Part shown: positions 21,981 through 33,776 of the stretch, in pieces
How positions within the stretch are numbered: position 1 is the stretch's first letter
Layout: every line of letters begins with the position of its first letter
Virus record (IMG/VR): IMGVR_UViG_3300044904_000102
Coordinates: 1,729-65,728 of that record
From: a virus
Taxonomy: Duplodnaviria; Caudoviricetes
Length of the DNA: 64,000 bases
Strand: one strand, 5' to 3'
Translations under genes and position numbers: made by a program
The notes under the pieces: generated by a model
What the model was told of the DNA's origin: nothing
Database searches by the model: none
What the model saw: the letters and a program-made list of their open reading frames with translations, nothing else

Positions 21981-22490
21981 TTAGCTGGTTGGGAAATTGA
22001 GTCTCGCAAAGACAGGATCTCGGAGGAGGGCGGCTGCATCCCGGGCTCGGGCCGCCTCCTCCTCGGAATCATAGAGGCCAACATGTTTATAGGTTCCGTT
22101 CAACAAAATTCGAACTCTCCACTTCGGCTTCCTGTGATTCTTTGGCCTATGATAACTAACTCCGATAAATCTCGAACGGCTTGGATTTTTCTTCTTTCTG
22201 TTGCGTTGATTCTGGGAATGCGAGGCTTCACGAAGATTAAGCCTGCGGTTATTAAGACCGTTTCCATCGTGGTGATCAGTCTCCATCCCTCTGGAGACCG
22301 CGAGAAGCAAGCGATGCAGATAGACCGTGGTCCCATGTATGCGCGTTACTGCGTACCAATTGCCACAGATTTTCACACCGCACCAATGATAGGATTTCAC
22401 CAAGCTGTAATCTATCCTGTCACAGATGGTGAACAATCCTCTCTGCAACTGAATTTTGGCGATGCCATCTATAAATGTTACTCTATTCAT
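21981..22490 (-). CDS. HNH homing endonuclease with AP2 domain
   Basis: YLHRLLL..ETDHHDGNGLNNRRLNLREASHSQNQRN; SRFIGVSY..WRVRI..HVGLYDSEEEAARARD; lower GC. Confidence 0.9.
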   Translation of the reverse strand: MNRVTFIDGIAKIQLQRGLFTICDRIDYSLVKSYHWCGVKICGNWYAVTRIHGTTVYLHRLLLAVSRGMETDHHDGNGLNNRRLNLREASHSQNQRNRKKKNPSRSRFIGVSYHRPKNHRKPKWRVRILLNGTYKHVGLYDSEEEAARARDAAALLRDPVFARLNFPTS

Positions 22491-22525
22491 ATTCCATTAA
22501 TTATAAAGCAAGGAGGGCAAGAAGT

Positions 22526-22945
22526 GTGAATGAAATTGCAAACCTAAAGCCACGGTTTGACGGTGAGAAGGTTCGCCTGGGCGGCCGGGAGTACATGCTG
22601 CCGTCGCTCTCGGTGAAACAGACTCGCCAGCTATGGGAGAAAATCCGGGGATTGAACAAGGGCATCACGGAAGACAGCCTGCCGGACAAACAGCATGACG
22701 CCGTGGAAGTGATTCACGCGGCGCTCTCGCGGAACTATCCGTCCATGACGTTCGACGAGGTGGACGATCTGGTGGACATGAACAACATGCGCAAGCTCCT
22801 GCTGGTCGTGTCCGGGCAGTCGGGGCTCACGGGCCCGGGGTCCGGGCCGGTCGGGGAAGCGGCTCAGCCGTCGTCAACTGGGCCGACCTCTACGGAACCA
22901 TCATCACCCGCACCGGCTGGACCTACGAATACCTCGACGACCTGA
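22526..22945 (+). CDS. Tail assembly chaperone (G)
   Basis: Between tail tube and TMP; AGGAGG SD. Confidence 0.75.
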   Translation: MNEIANLKPRFDGEKVRLGGREYMLPSLSVKQTRQLWEKIRGLNKGITEDSLPDKQHDAVEVIHAALSRNYPSMTFDEVDDLVDMNNMRKLLLVVSGQSGLTGPGSGPVGEAAQPSSTGPTSTEPSSPAPAGPTNTSTT

Positions 22946-23178
22946 GCTTGTGCCGCGCGCTCGAGCTGATGGACTTCCTGGGGCGCACGCCGGCGCTGCG
23001 CATGGCGCTGGGCAAGGAGAGGGATGCGGCGGGGTGGGAGCCGCCGAACGAACAAGAGGCGCTGCGGAGATTCTCGGCCCTGCAAGCCGTGATGCCGGGC
23101 GTCTCAGGAATACCGCCGCAGCTTCGCGAGGCTATCGCCTGGGCGGAGGCGGAGAAGACCAAGCGGGGCATGAACTGA
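22852..23178 (+). CDS. Tail assembly chaperone GT extension, via putative -1 frameshift at GGGGAAG (22853-22859)
   Basis: -1 frame open from the slippery site: NWADLYGTIITRTGWTYEYLDDLSL..; ends 2 nt before the TMP start. Confidence 0.65.
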   Translation, partial: RGSGSAVVNWADLYGTIITRTGWTYEYLDDLSLCRALELMDFLGRTPALRMALGKERDAAGWEPPNEQEALRRFSALQAVMPGVSGIPPQLREAIAWAEAEKTKRGMN

Positions 23179-23179
23179 A

Positions 23180-25537
23180 ATGGCGACAGATATCCTTGAA
23201 GTCGGGGCAGTCATCAACCTGGGGCAAATCCTGCCGGGGTTGGATACCCTTGCCGCAAAGACGGAAGGCACCTGCCAGCAGATGACCATGTCGTTTGCCG
23301 GCCCCGCGCAGGCGTCATTGGCATTCGGCCAGGGCTTCGCTCTTGCCGTGCCCGAAATCGCCAAACTCCCGCCCGCAGTGGACACCATCCCTCCAGCCAT
23401 GGGCCGTGCGGCCGCCTCCAGCACGCAGGCGCGCATGGCAATGATGGGGATGGGACAGGAGATGGGCGTCGCGCTGCCGCGCTTCGTGCGCTCCTTCCTG
23501 ACAAGCATCGGGCCTGTGGCCGGCATCATGGCCGCGGCTTTCATACCCGTCGCCATCATCGGAGTGGTCGAGTGGCTTTCCAAAATTCCCGCCGCGATCG
23601 GCAAGGCATCCGACGCGATCATGGGTTATGGAGAGGCGCAGAAAGCCGCGTTCAAGGAAGCCGTTAAAGGTTCCGACGAGGCGTTCGAGCACGCGAAAAC
23701 CCTGGAGCAGTCCACGCTGAACCTCGCGCAGTCCGTGGCGACCCTGGGCATCCTGGCGCGGGAGACGTTTTCCGAGCGGCTCGTCAAGGGGTTCAAGGAC
23801 TCGGCGGAGGCGACGTCAGACTGGTGGGGCCCGCTCAAGGGCGTGCTCGAGACGGTCAGCGCGCTGAAAGCAGCCTTTGGCTTGTCGGCCGATGCGGCGA
23901 CGAAGGCGAGCACCGCGCAGATCGCCCAGCTCACCACGCAAGCGGAACTGCAACGGAAAGCCCATGAAGACGCCTACAAGCAGCAGGAAGCGGAAATTCA
24001 ACTCCAGATGATCGGCGCCAAGGGCGCAGAGCTGACCCGGCTGCAAACCGAGCTAATACGAGTCAAGCAAAACGCCGACGAGTACGCCCTGAGCAGCGAG
24101 GGCAAGCTGACGGAGCGCCAGATCGCGCTGCTCAACGAAAAGTATCGCGTCGAGCGGGAAGGCGTGGGAAAGAAGGCAGAGATAAAAGGGGAAGGGGAGG
24201 CGGGCGCGCTGGCCAAGGCCGAGGTTGATGCCCACAAGAACGTGGCCGACGCCATCATCGCGCAGCAGCTCGCCCTGGCCCGGGAAGAAGTCGAGATCGA
24301 CAAGGATAAGTGGCCGAAGCTGATCGCCGCGGAGCGCACGGCAGAAGACGAGATGTACGCGGTCGCCGTCATCGCGCTCAACCGCAAGAAGGAACTGGCA
24401 GTGCAGGAGGCGGCGCTGCACGGCAAGAGCGGCGCGGCGGAAGCTGCGACCATAAACGCCGAGATCGAGGCGCTGGCCATCAAGCACCAGACCAAGCTGG
24501 ACTCGATCAGCGCGGAAGGGGCCAAGCGCGAGATTGCGGACACCCAGAGCGTCGAGGCGGCGTTCCGGGCTCTTTGGGAGCAGAAGAACAAGGAAATCGC
24601 TCAGGGGTTCGATGATGAGCGGCGCGGCCAGGAAGAGAATCTGCGGATGGACGCGGAGCGCGTCTCGATGGCCGAGATGATTATGAATCGCACGCTAACC
24701 TTTGAGGAAGCCGGGAACGCCCGAAAGCTGGCAATGCACAGAGAGGGACTCAAGACGTGGGCTGATACTGAGCGCAGCAACATCGAAGCCTGGTACGGCG
24801 AGCAGAATCGCGTTATGGAGGCGCAACTCACCTATGCCAAGACGATTTATCGCGAGGATGAGCTGGCCTATCAGCAACTCCTCGACAAAAAGAAAGAGCT
24901 TGATCTGGAATATGCCGCGAAGCTCGGCAAGGTGGAAGATACGGTCGAGAAGAGCACGCGCCAAGCCTATCTCCGCATGCAGAGCGTCGTGAACGGCGCC
25001 CTCACCTCCTGGATTATCGGCTACCAATCATTCGGGCAGGCGGTCGTGAAAGTGGAGGAGGAGGTTGCCTCGGCTGTCATTGAGAATTTACTGAAAGCCA
25101 TGGAGCAAAGGTTGAAGGCGGCCATTGAACAGAAGGCGATGGCCAAGGAAGACGTTGTCACGGAAGCTGCGGGAGCCGCTGCGGCCACCTTCCACAATGT
25201 CGCGAAGATTCCGTACATCGGCTGGATTCTGGCGCCCGCTGCTGCGGCTGCGGCCTTTACGACGGTAATGGCATACGGCGGGTCAATGGATGAGGGCGGG
25301 CTAGCGCAGAAGACTGGTCTCGCCATGCTTCATCAAGGCGAGATCGCTATGCCCCCGGAAGTCTCGACGGCCTTCCGCTCGATGGCGGCCGGCGGTCCTA
25401 TCGGCGGCGGGCGCACCGTTCATCATCACACGACGTTCAACCTCCACCATAACGGGCCTGATGCGAAGGAAGTCCTTGAAACGCAACTGGTCCCGATGAT
25501 CCGGCAGGCGCAGCGGCGCGGGGAGCTGGGCGCATGA
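23180..25537 (+). CDS. Tape measure protein
   Basis: 785 aa Ala/Glu/Lys helical; C-terminal IPYIGWILAPAAA..GG..AMLHQGEIAMP. Confidence 0.85.
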   Translation: MATDILEVGAVINLGQILPGLDTLAAKTEGTCQQMTMSFAGPAQASLAFGQGFALAVPEIAKLPPAVDTIPPAMGRAAASSTQARMAMMGMGQEMGVALPRFVRSFLTSIGPVAGIMAAAFIPVAIIGVVEWLSKIPAAIGKASDAIMGYGEAQKAAFKEAVKGSDEAFEHAKTLEQSTLNLAQSVATLGILARETFSERLVKGFKDSAEATSDWWGPLKGVLETVSALKAAFGLSADAATKASTAQIAQLTTQAELQRKAHEDAYKQQEAEIQLQMIGAKGAELTRLQTELIRVKQNADEYALSSEGKLTERQIALLNEKYRVEREGVGKKAEIKGEGEAGALAKAEVDAHKNVADAIIAQQLALAREEVEIDKDKWPKLIAAERTAEDEMYAVAVIALNRKKELAVQEAALHGKSGAAEAATINAEIEALAIKHQTKLDSISAEGAKREIADTQSVEAAFRALWEQKNKEIAQGFDDERRGQEENLRMDAERVSMAEMIMNRTLTFEEAGNARKLAMHREGLKTWADTERSNIEAWYGEQNRVMEAQLTYAKTIYREDELAYQQLLDKKKELDLEYAAKLGKVEDTVEKSTRQAYLRMQSVVNGALTSWIIGYQSFGQAVVKVEEEVASAVIENLLKAMEQRLKAAIEQKAMAKEDVVTEAAGAAAATFHNVAKIPYIGWILAPAAAAAAFTTVMAYGGSMDEGGLAQKTGLAMLHQGEIAMPPEVSTAFRSMAAGGPIGGGRTVHHHTTFNLHHNGPDAKEVLETQLVPMIRQAQRRGELGA

Positions 25538-26475
25538 GTCTACAAGTCTATCCGGGAAGTTCGGCCTCAAGCGCGATCCGCGGCTTGGCTTTCACGGTGA
25601 TCAAGCGGCCGCTGTTCAACACCATCGTGCAGGACGCGCCGAACTTCTACTGCACCCGCATCGCGCAGACCCGCAACCCGTACTGGCGCTGGACGCTGAA
25701 CTACGAGGTGCTGTTAAACGACCCCGCCAACATCGCGAGCGGCAACGCGCCCTGGACCGACCTGCAAGCCCTTATGGGCTTTTTCATGGACAAGTACGGC
25801 CAGCAGGCCGCGTTCCTGTTCGACGATCCGGACGACGACTCGGTCGAGCCCGGCATCACGGCGGCGGGCTGGAAAGCGGGCACATATTATCCGGTTGATG
25901 CGGGCGTGCTCGTCGCGACGCATTGGCAGAAGGCGACCGTGGCCGGGATCTCCGGCAGCAGCGCGCCCGCATTCTCGACCTCCGGGGGGCATGTGTCGGA
26001 AGGCCCCAGCTCGCCGCAATTGCGCTGGGACGACCAGGGCTCCGGATACACGTCGCTGCCGAATCTCTTCGCGCAGCTTCCGCTCGTCGAGGACACCTCG
26101 ACCGGCCTGTGGTATTCGCCGCTGCAAAGGAACCTGGGCGGCTTCGCGGAGGACGTCACCGACCTGAACGGCGCGGTCACGCTCTACGGCAACGGCGTCC
26201 TGCTCACGGGGTACTATGCCGGCACGCTGTCGACGGTTCCGGGCCTCGCCATCCCAGGAGCCTCGTACATGGGGCAGTACATCGCGTGGACTGCGGGCTA
26301 TGTGCCGACCGCGCCCGTCACCGCCGCGTTCAAGTTCTATTTCCGCGTGCGCTTCGAGACGGACGCCATCGACTTCGAGAAGTTCGTGAGCGACATGTGG
26401 ACCGTGGGCGGGTCGGAAGGGAAAGGCGGCGCCGGAGCCATCACGCTCGTCTCCGATCGCCCGCCGACTGTCTGA
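25534..26475 (+). CDS. Distal tail protein (DUF2460-like) with carbohydrate-binding-like insertion
   Basis: IKRPLFNTIVQ, WTLNYEVL, LQALMGFF..GQQAAFLFDDPDD, FYFRVRFETD. Confidence 0.72.
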   Translation: MSLQVYPGSSASSAIRGLAFTVIKRPLFNTIVQDAPNFYCTRIAQTRNPYWRWTLNYEVLLNDPANIASGNAPWTDLQALMGFFMDKYGQQAAFLFDDPDDDSVEPGITAAGWKAGTYYPVDAGVLVATHWQKATVAGISGSSAPAFSTSGGHVSEGPSSPQLRWDDQGSGYTSLPNLFAQLPLVEDTSTGLWYSPLQRNLGGFAEDVTDLNGAVTLYGNGVLLTGYYAGTLSTVPGLAIPGASYMGQYIAWTAGYVPTAPVTAAFKFYFRVRFETDAIDFEKFVSDMWTVGGSEGKGGAGAITLVSDRPPTV

Positions 26476-27386
26476 TGCGCACATGCAGAAATGGAACGGG
26501 CGCAGACACCACGGCAACGGTTCTTGCCGCGCTCAAAGCCAACAATCAAATTTGGCAGGCGGATCTCTATCTCGTCGGCGAAGTGGACGATCCGCAGGCC
26601 CTTTGGCTCTCGAACTGGGAATCGCCGCTCCTCTGGTCCTTGTGGGGAACGTTCCTGCCGGCCGTCGTCAAGCGCGGCTCGATCACAAGCGACATCGGCC
26701 TGGATTCGAAGAAGCTTGATGTTTCCTGGGCGCCCGCAAATCAAACCTTCACGTCCTCGATCCCGACCACGAGCCCTTACGAGTTAGCCCGCCTGGGGTT
26801 CTACGACAACCGGCGCTTCCGCCTGTGGCGCTGCCTCATGCCGACGCCCGGGGATGCGAACACCTGGGGGGCATACGAGTTGTTCGGGGGAGTGATCGGC
26901 ACGACACAGCCCACGCGCGGCGAGATCAAGTTCAACGTGCAGAGCTACCTCTATGTGCTTGACGAGAAGGTGCCGCAGGGCGTGATCGAAGTGACGAATT
27001 CCCTGGCCAGCTACATCGGGGGGACGCCGCCCGCGGGCTTCTCCTCGATCCCGGAGTTCGTCGTGGCCGACACGAGCACGGCGACCGTCATCAATGCCGA
27101 CTGCACGAGCACGCCAAGCCACATCTTCACGAACGATGTTTTCGACGATGGCTATCTTGTCTTCGCCGGCGACGCCACGCTGGCGAAGCTCTTCAGCGTC
27201 GTCGCGAAAAACTCGAACTACACAAATGGTGGGCACCAGTTCAACCGGTTTCAAGTCTTCTCGCCGTTTCCCTGGGTTCCGACGATCGGCGACAAGTTCT
27301 ATGTGAGCGCGCAGAGCCCAATTGACGCGAGCGACGGAGACTACTACGGATTCATGTATGTACCTTCTCCAGAAACAGCGGCCTGA
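26475..27386 (+). CDS. Baseplate hub protein (DUF2163/BR0599-like)
   Basis: Position between Dit and NlpC; C-terminal YGFMYVPSPETA. Confidence 0.7.
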   Translation: MRTCRNGTGADTTATVLAALKANNQIWQADLYLVGEVDDPQALWLSNWESPLLWSLWGTFLPAVVKRGSITSDIGLDSKKLDVSWAPANQTFTSSIPTTSPYELARLGFYDNRRFRLWRCLMPTPGDANTWGAYELFGGVIGTTQPTRGEIKFNVQSYLYVLDEKVPQGVIEVTNSLASYIGGTPPAGFSSIPEFVVADTSTATVINADCTSTPSHIFTNDVFDDGYLVFAGDATLAKLFSVVAKNSNYTNGGHQFNRFQVFSPFPWVPTIGDKFYVSAQSPIDASDGDYYGFMYVPSPETAA

Positions 27387-27387
27387 A

Positions 27388-27837
27388 ATGATGACGCGAG
27401 AACAAGCCGTCGCGGTGGCCCGCAGTTTTTGCGGGACGCCGTATGTGCTCGGCGGCCACCTCAAGGGAGCGGGGGTGGACTGTGCGACCTTGCTCGCCGA
27501 GTACCTGATTGAAATCGGCGCTTCTGAGCGGGAGCCTTTGTCGGTTTATTCCCACGATTGGTTCCATCATGCCTCGGAAGAGCGATACAAGTACGCGCTT
27601 CTGAAGCACGCCCGCCAGGTGGTCGAGACGATCTGCCGCGGGACACCCGAAACGAGACCCGGCGACCTGGTTCTGTTCAAGGTGGCGCGCAGTCGGATCT
27701 ACAACCACGGCGCGATCGTGACGGGTTGGCCCTACGGCGTTCACGCCTTCGACCCGAAAGTAAGCGAGGTGAACCTGCTGCGGCACGCGTTGACGGTGCA
27801 CACGGAGATGGCGATCTTCACGCCCTGGAGCGATTGA
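27388..27837 (+). CDS. NlpC/P60 family tail peptidase
   Basis: ARSFCGTPY..KGAGVDCATLL, PGDLVLF, HGAIV. Confidence 0.85.
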   Translation: MMTREQAVAVARSFCGTPYVLGGHLKGAGVDCATLLAEYLIEIGASEREPLSVYSHDWFHHASEERYKYALLKHARQVVETICRGTPETRPGDLVLFKVARSRIYNHGAIVTGWPYGVHAFDPKVSEVNLLRHALTVHTEMAIFTPWSD

Positions 27838-30800
27838 TGTTTGGCGGAAAGAATCAGGCGAGCACGCGGCCCACGGCCCTCGGCACGATGCTTCAGGCAT
27901 CGACCTACGGCCTGACCATCCCGGTTATCTATGGGATGACGCGCTCGCCGTTCCTGGCGATCTGGGCGGCTAATCTGCGCCAGGGTCCGGGCGGCAAGAA
28001 GGGCAAAAAAGGGGGCAAGAAAGGCCAGGCCAATTACGTTGAGAACGTAGATTTCCTGATCGGACATAATCCGGTCATGGAGATACTTCAGGTGTGGGCG
28101 AACTCGACGAAGTACGGATTGGATTTCGTCGAGGTGGACTATGGCGGGACTCCTGCATCCTACACGATCGCGGATGCGAATTTCGTGGCCTTGATCGCCG
28201 TGACGGTCAGGGTCTATGGCTACATCGGGTTCAACGACTATGGGGGAAGCCCCAATGTTTCCCCCGATCCGTATCTGTGGGTGCCGCTCTGGAACGAGTT
28301 GCAGGCCGGCCCGGATCCCGTGGACGGCATGGGATACCGATCCTGGCCATTCGTCTATCGCTGGCAGCCCAGCTACGGCAACACGTTCTACATCGACCCG
28401 GCACTCTACACAAGCAGCGTCCCTGGGATCGGCTCGATGAAGGTTTATTATGCCCGTACCAATTCAACGACCAGTTATCAGTTGCCGGCGGCGAAGCTGC
28501 GCCTATCGTTTGAAAACGTCCTGGGCTCGGGAGATGAATACGCGGGTTATTCCAGCGAGCAGATTCAATATCCATGGTATGCAGGCGCAGGCTCTCCGAA
28601 CATCGACCTGGGCGGCGCCGGGGCGCTGCCGCTCATCAAGAGCGAGATACTTGGCAAGTGGGGCATCTACCCCTCCGGCGACGGGGACTTCGTCGATATG
28701 ATTGCGGATATCATAAAGTCCGGGCAGAGTCAGGCGGCCATCGGCGGAGCGACCGGAGTCTCGCCGGTGCAGCGCGGCGTCAACTGTTACGACTTCCCGG
28801 GGGCCATCCAAAAGAAGCTGATATTTGACAGCCGGAATCTGGCCTCGAAGACTTACGACTTCGATCAGCCCAACACTGCCGGGAATCTGCTCCTGCTCGT
28901 TGCCAACTGCTATGGGGGGGACGTGACAAGCGTTTCGGACTCGCTTGGCAATGCCGGGTGGACTCTGGCTGTAAACGTTGCTCCCTCCGGGTCGGACATG
29001 GGATCGATGTCCGTATGGTACTGCGAAAACTGCCTGGCTGGAGCGAACAGCGTGACGATAGACCCAATAATCGGGGGGGGAGGAAAAGGCGATTCATGGA
29101 CCGCACTGATGGAGATAGCCGGGGTGGACACATTTGATGCCGTGGCCTCAGCCTCGGGAGCGCAGCCTGCGGTGTCCCTGACCACAACAAACGATCCCGG
29201 GAAGGTCGGCTTGATCTTCTCAGTCTCTCTCCAGTCAGCGCCCGTGATCAGCTTGCCGAGCCTGTGGCCGGTGATCGCCAGCATCCTCGATCAGCAATAC
29301 ACTTGCGGCTATTCCTGTCCGATGGTGCAGCAGCGCACCGTGACGACGCCCGGAACCTATGCCTTCCAATGGCCGAACGCCATGGCGGATATCCACTCGA
29401 TGCTGATTTTAATCGCGTTCAAGGCCACGGTTCCGCCGACCTACGCGAAGGCCCTGCCGGATATCATCGACCGCACGATGCTCGACCTGACGCGCCAGCA
29501 ATGCCGGGTCGGAGGATTGTGGGGATCGCTCACCATGGACTCGCAGCAGGCAGCCCGCGACTGGATCGACACGCTTTGCCAGGCCGCAAACTGCGCACCC
29601 GTATGGTCCGGCTTCAAGCTTAAGCTCGTTCCGCGTAGCGAAGTGTCGGCGGCGGCAAACGGAGGGATTTATTACTCGCCAACCGCGTCGGGGCCCGTGG
29701 CGAACCTTTCGACGGAAAACGGGGACTTCATCGCCGCAAGCGGCGAAACTCCAATCTCCGTGGTGCGCGCGGCGCGAACCGACGTCAACACGGTCTTGCA
29801 GATGCAGCACATCATCCGCAGCTCGGACTATGGGCAGGGCACGACGGCGGAGCCGGACGCGGCGGGGATCGCGCTTTACGGCGTGCGCAAGGGCGATCCG
29901 ATAGTGAACAACGCCGTGCAGGATGTCGCCGTGGCGCGCGCGCTGCTGCGCATCGCCGTGCGGCGGCAGGGCTACGTTGAGAATCTGCTTTACAAGTTCA
30001 CCCTGAACGCACGCTGGCAGTTGCTCGAAGCCATGGATCTGATCACGATCACCGACCCGCTCATGAACATCAATCTGCTGCCAGTGCGGCTGACGAAGGC
30101 GGAGCAGAACGATCAAACGGAAATCGATTGCGAGGCGGAGCCCTTCGTCTATGGCATTCATGCGCCGCAGGCGATCACCATCATCGCTCCCAGCCCCTAT
30201 TCGCCTACCACGGACGCCAGCGCCGGCAACGTCAACACGCCGGTGATCTTCGAGCCTGTGGCCCGCCTGTCGAACAATCTCAACCAGATATGGTGCGTCG
30301 TCTCCTCGCCAAACGCCAGCTATGGCGGCTGCCAGGTCTATGTCTCGACGGACGGCGGGGCATCCTACAAGCTGCTCGGCGTCTGCCAAGGGAACGCAAC
30401 GACGGGCGTTTCGACGCTCGATTGGCCCGCAGCGGCGGATCCTGACACGACGAATGATCTTCCGCTCGATCTTACCGAATCGCTTGGCACGCTCGACAAC
30501 TATGCGGTGTCGGACGAGGACAACTTCACCTATCCGTGCTGGATGGCCGGGGGCACGGCGCTGATTCCTTACGAATTGATGGCGTACGCTCTGTGGACGC
30601 TGACCTCAACTTACAACTACACCCTGACGGCCACCGGCGGAGGCACGAACAAACTGCGGCGAGCCGTCTTCGGTGCACCCGGAGCGGCGGGCGTGGACCA
30701 CCCTCTGGGTTCACGCTTCGCCTTCCTGGGCGCCCCGGACGGGATCCTGAAAATCTCCATGGATCCCAACTGGATCGGGAAGGCCCTGAAGTTCAAGTTC

Positions 30801-31262
30801 CCCTCGTTCAATACCTTCGGCGGCGGCATCCAATCCCTCTCCGATGCCGTGGCTTATAACTACACGCCGACCGGCTCGGGCAATTCGGCAAATCTGAACG
30901 CCTTGACCTACACGCAGACGCCGGCGAGCGCGTTGACGAACCCAACCCCGACGACGATCCACATGGCGGCCGTGGCGGAGGCTTTCCCGACCAACACGGC
31001 GAGCTATCAGGCGCGCACCTTCACGATCTCGGCGCCGGGAGCGCCAACGACTTACTACATTACTGTGGCGGACGCCGGTTATATAGGAGATGCGGGCAGC
31101 GCGAGTCCTCTGACGGCTTACTGCGAAACATCGCAAGCGAAGATCGGCCTGGCCGGTTACGTCTTCATCGGAGCCATCCAGGCATTACCCGCGGGCGGGG
31201 GCAGCAATGTGATTCCTGGGGGTTTTCCACTTCCGACGGGGTTTCTGATTAACGGAGCTTAA
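27837..31262 (+). CDS. Tail tip / host-specificity protein
   Basis: [64 protein letters not shown]. Confidence 0.82.
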   Translation: MFGGKNQASTRPTALGTMLQASTYGLTIPVIYGMTRSPFLAIWAANLRQGPGGKKGKKGGKKGQANYVENVDFLIGHNPVMEILQVWANSTKYGLDFVEVDYGGTPASYTIADANFVALIAVTVRVYGYIGFNDYGGSPNVSPDPYLWVPLWNELQAGPDPVDGMGYRSWPFVYRWQPSYGNTFYIDPALYTSSVPGIGSMKVYYARTNSTTSYQLPAAKLRLSFENVLGSGDEYAGYSSEQIQYPWYAGAGSPNIDLGGAGALPLIKSEILGKWGIYPSGDGDFVDMIADIIKSGQSQAAIGGATGVSPVQRGVNCYDFPGAIQKKLIFDSRNLASKTYDFDQPNTAGNLLLLVANCYGGDVTSVSDSLGNAGWTLAVNVAPSGSDMGSMSVWYCENCLAGANSVTIDPIIGGGGKGDSWTALMEIAGVDTFDAVASASGAQPAVSLTTTNDPGKVGLIFSVSLQSAPVISLPSLWPVIASILDQQYTCGYSCPMVQQRTVTTPGTYAFQWPNAMADIHSMLILIAFKATVPPTYAKALPDIIDRTMLDLTRQQCRVGGLWGSLTMDSQQAARDWIDTLCQAANCAPVWSGFKLKLVPRSEVSAAANGGIYYSPTASGPVANLSTENGDFIAASGETPISVVRAARTDVNTVLQMQHIIRSSDYGQGTTAEPDAAGIALYGVRKGDPIVNNAVQDVAVARALLRIAVRRQGYVENLLYKFTLNARWQLLEAMDLITITDPLMNINLLPVRLTKAEQNDQTEIDCEAEPFVYGIHAPQAITIIAPSPYSPTTDASAGNVNTPVIFEPVARLSNNLNQIWCVVSSPNASYGGCQVYVSTDGGASYKLLGVCQGNATTGVSTLDWPAAADPDTTNDLPLDLTESLGTLDNYAVSDEDNFTYPCWMAGGTALIPYELMAYALWTLTSTYNYTLTATGGGTNKLRRAVFGAPGAAGVDHPLGSRFAFLGAPDGILKISMDPNWIGKALKFKFPSFNTFGGGIQSLSDAVAYNYTPTGSGNSANLNALTYTQTPASALTNPTPTTIHMAAVAEAFPTNTASYQARTFTISAPGAPTTYYITVADAGYIGDAGSASPLTAYCETSQAKIGLAGYVFIGAIQALPAGGGSNVIPGGFPLPTGFLINGA

Positions 31263-31272
31263 CGAGAGCGCG

Positions 31273-33768
31273 ATGCCAACGGTTAATCCACTAATCAATC
31301 TCAACGACGCGACCCCGGCCGCGACGACAGGGAGCCGAAACGTCAACTGGCAAGCCGACGCTTCGAATCCGCGGAATGTCTCGGCAGAGTCCCCGAACTG
31401 GGGCTCGGTCAACCCGCAGACCGGAGCGACATACACCATCGATGAGAGCGACCGCGGCAAGCTGGTCGTTTTCTCGCACGGGCCCACCGTGGCTGCGCTA
31501 CTGACGGCCGCCGCGACGCTGGGGGCGGAGTTCCTGTGCGGAGTCGAGAACATCGGCACAGGCTCCGTGACCATCACTCCGGCCGCGGGCACGATCGACG
31601 GAGCGGCAACGCTGGTGCTGGCGGCGGGTTCGAGCGCGCTGATCTTCTCGGACGGGGCGAACTTCTTCACGGTACGCGGTGGCGGCGGCGGCGGCTCGAC
31701 GGGCCCGACCGGCCCGACCGGGCCCACCGGACCGCAAGGTGCCGGCATTCAGGCGGTCTTGATTCAATCGGCCAGCGTGGATACCGGGGGTGGCAGCGGG
31801 AATCCAGAATCCGTGGCCTTTGGTTCTAATAACTCAGCTGGCAACATGATTTTAGCGATGGCGAACGTAAATATGTTCTTCCCCGGCGGGCCGACCTTCC
31901 CGTTGCCGACAGACACTCAGGGGAATACTTACGTGAACCTGGGCACGATGAACGCTGGCGCGGTGGGTTTTCAGGGGACTGTCTGGGCCGCCTTCAACAT
32001 CAAGGCTGGTGCGAACACTGTCACGCAGCCCAACGGAGTGCTGAACGGGGACTTCGCCTTCACGGTGGCCGAATACAACGGCGTGAACGCCTTTGACCTT
32101 TTCGTGGATTGCACGGCGACGCGACCGGCTGCTTCGATCGTGCCGACGAACGCGAAGGACCTGATCGTCGCCATCGGGGGCGGCACGGGCCTGGCCACGA
32201 TCACGGACACGAGCGGGTGGGACTGCAAGGTGCTCACCGGCGGGCTGCAAGCCGTCGCGGAGGTTTCCGTAACGGCCCTTGGCACCTACAGCGACACGGT
32301 GACCATAAACGGAGCTACGCCAAACGCCTTCGGAATATTGGCGCTCAAACTGTCGGCGGGCCAGCAAGGAGTTCCTGGACCAACGGGGCCCACCGGGGCA
32401 ACTGGCGCAACTGGTGCAGGCGGCTCGACCGGCTCGACCGGCTCGACCGGCTCGACCGGCGCCACCGGCCCCACGGGCCCCACGGGCCCGACTGGACCTG
32501 GCGGTGATACCGGACCCGCGGGCCTGACAGGCGGTATTGGCCCTACCGGCCCCACCGGACCAACAGGGCCCACGGGAGCCACGGGCGCAGCCTCGACCGT
32601 TCCTGGGCCTACGGGCAACACTGGTGCCGTTGGTCCCACAGGACCCATTGGTCCAACAGGCGCCACAGGGGATCAAGGCAACGCGGGTTCGACCGGAGGA
32701 GGAGCGGTCGAGATTTTCTCGAAAACATACTACACCTCGACGCAGCGTGCCTTTGGCTCAGACTACGAGAACACGAGCGGCTACGGGAAGATCATCGTTG
32801 GCGTGTATCCAGCAGGCGCTGGGGTTCCGGTAGTGTCTTGCTACGTTCAGAAGGCGGGTTCCTACGTCAACCATGCGGGCCTCGTGAATGCGGCCAACAT
32901 GGTCAGCTCGTACAGCTCTGGGGCGTCCTCTTATTACTATGACTTCATGTTTTGTGTTCCTAACAACTGTTACTATACGGTGCAGTACTCCGGGGCCACG
33001 GCTCCCACACTCGCTTCTTGGGTGGAACTCACGTGTTCTGGCGCCTCGGTGAACAACGGCGCGATTTCCGGCTTGACCGATGTGGGAGGGTCGCGGGGAT
33101 TCGGTGGCGGGAGCGGAAGCGCGACCAACGTCAGAACCAACTCGTCCGGATCTGCGCTTCTTATTTGCGCGATCTTCCAAACCAACGCGAACGCCAGCGG
33201 CATACCCTGCGTTTATACCTGCTATTGCGACAACGCCGCCGCCCCGACCACGCCGGTCTATGCCATCACCGCCGTCCCCACCGCCAGCTACTTCACGACG
33301 GTTTGGATGCTGGTGCCGAACGGGTACAAATATCAGATTACGGAAGTTGCCAACGTCTCGTATCCGCCCGCCATCATCCACTGGTACGAGTTCGTGATGC
33401 CGTTCAACGCTGTGCAGTCATCCGACCTGGCGACAGCACCGGCTCAAAGGGTCCTCTGCGTGACAAACGTAGGTAGTAACACCCTGATTCAGTATCCCAC
33501 CTATCTTAACAACCAGTTGAAGGATCTGTTCGTCAGCGTGACGATGGCTCAGACTGCTACGAGTAACGCTTGGGCTAATAGTAGTGCTATGGTGGGGTAC
33601 AACTCTAGTTTTGTGCCTGTTCAATCGATGGAGTGGATTATGGATTCGCATCCCAGCACCGCCACGGCGGCGTCTCTTATTTGGTCGATGCTTTACGAGT
33701 TTTACTGGATGGGGTACCAAAGTGGTTCCGTCACGCTGTCCCACTGGTTCGAGTACCAACTTTCTTGA
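31273..33768 (+). CDS. Tail fibre with collagen-like Gly-X-Thr repeats
   Basis: [21 protein letters not shown]-terminal fibre motif; GPT/GAT/GST triplets; beta-rich C-terminus. Confidence 0.8.
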   Translation: MPTVNPLINLNDATPAATTGSRNVNWQADASNPRNVSAESPNWGSVNPQTGATYTIDESDRGKLVVFSHGPTVAALLTAAATLGAEFLCGVENIGTGSVTITPAAGTIDGAATLVLAAGSSALIFSDGANFFTVRGGGGGGSTGPTGPTGPTGPQGAGIQAVLIQSASVDTGGGSGNPESVAFGSNNSAGNMILAMANVNMFFPGGPTFPLPTDTQGNTYVNLGTMNAGAVGFQGTVWAAFNIKAGANTVTQPNGVLNGDFAFTVAEYNGVNAFDLFVDCTATRPAASIVPTNAKDLIVAIGGGTGLATITDTSGWDCKVLTGGLQAVAEVSVTALGTYSDTVTINGATPNAFGILALKLSAGQQGVPGPTGPTGATGATGAGGSTGSTGSTGSTGATGPTGPTGPTGPGGDTGPAGLTGGIGPTGPTGPTGPTGATGAASTVPGPTGNTGAVGPTGPIGPTGATGDQGNAGSTGGGAVEIFSKTYYTSTQRAFGSDYENTSGYGKIIVGVYPAGAGVPVVSCYVQKAGSYVNHAGLVNAANMVSSYSSGASSYYYDFMFCVPNNCYYTVQYSGATAPTLASWVELTCSGASVNNGAISGLTDVGGSRGFGGGSGSATNVRTNSSGSALLICAIFQTNANASGIPCVYTCYCDNAAAPTTPVYAITAVPTASYFTTVWMLVPNGYKYQITEVANVSYPPAIIHWYEFVMPFNAVQSSDLATAPAQRVLCVTNVGSNTLIQYPTYLNNQLKDLFVSVTMAQTATSNAWANSSAMVGYNSSFVPVQSMEWIMDSHPSTATAASLIWSMLYEFYWMGYQSGSVTLSHWFEYQLS
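32422..32457 (+). repeat. 9-bp tandem repeat (ggctcgacc)x4 encoding (GST)4
   Basis: Read directly. Confidence 0.9.
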
Positions 33769-33776
33769 GGATTGTC

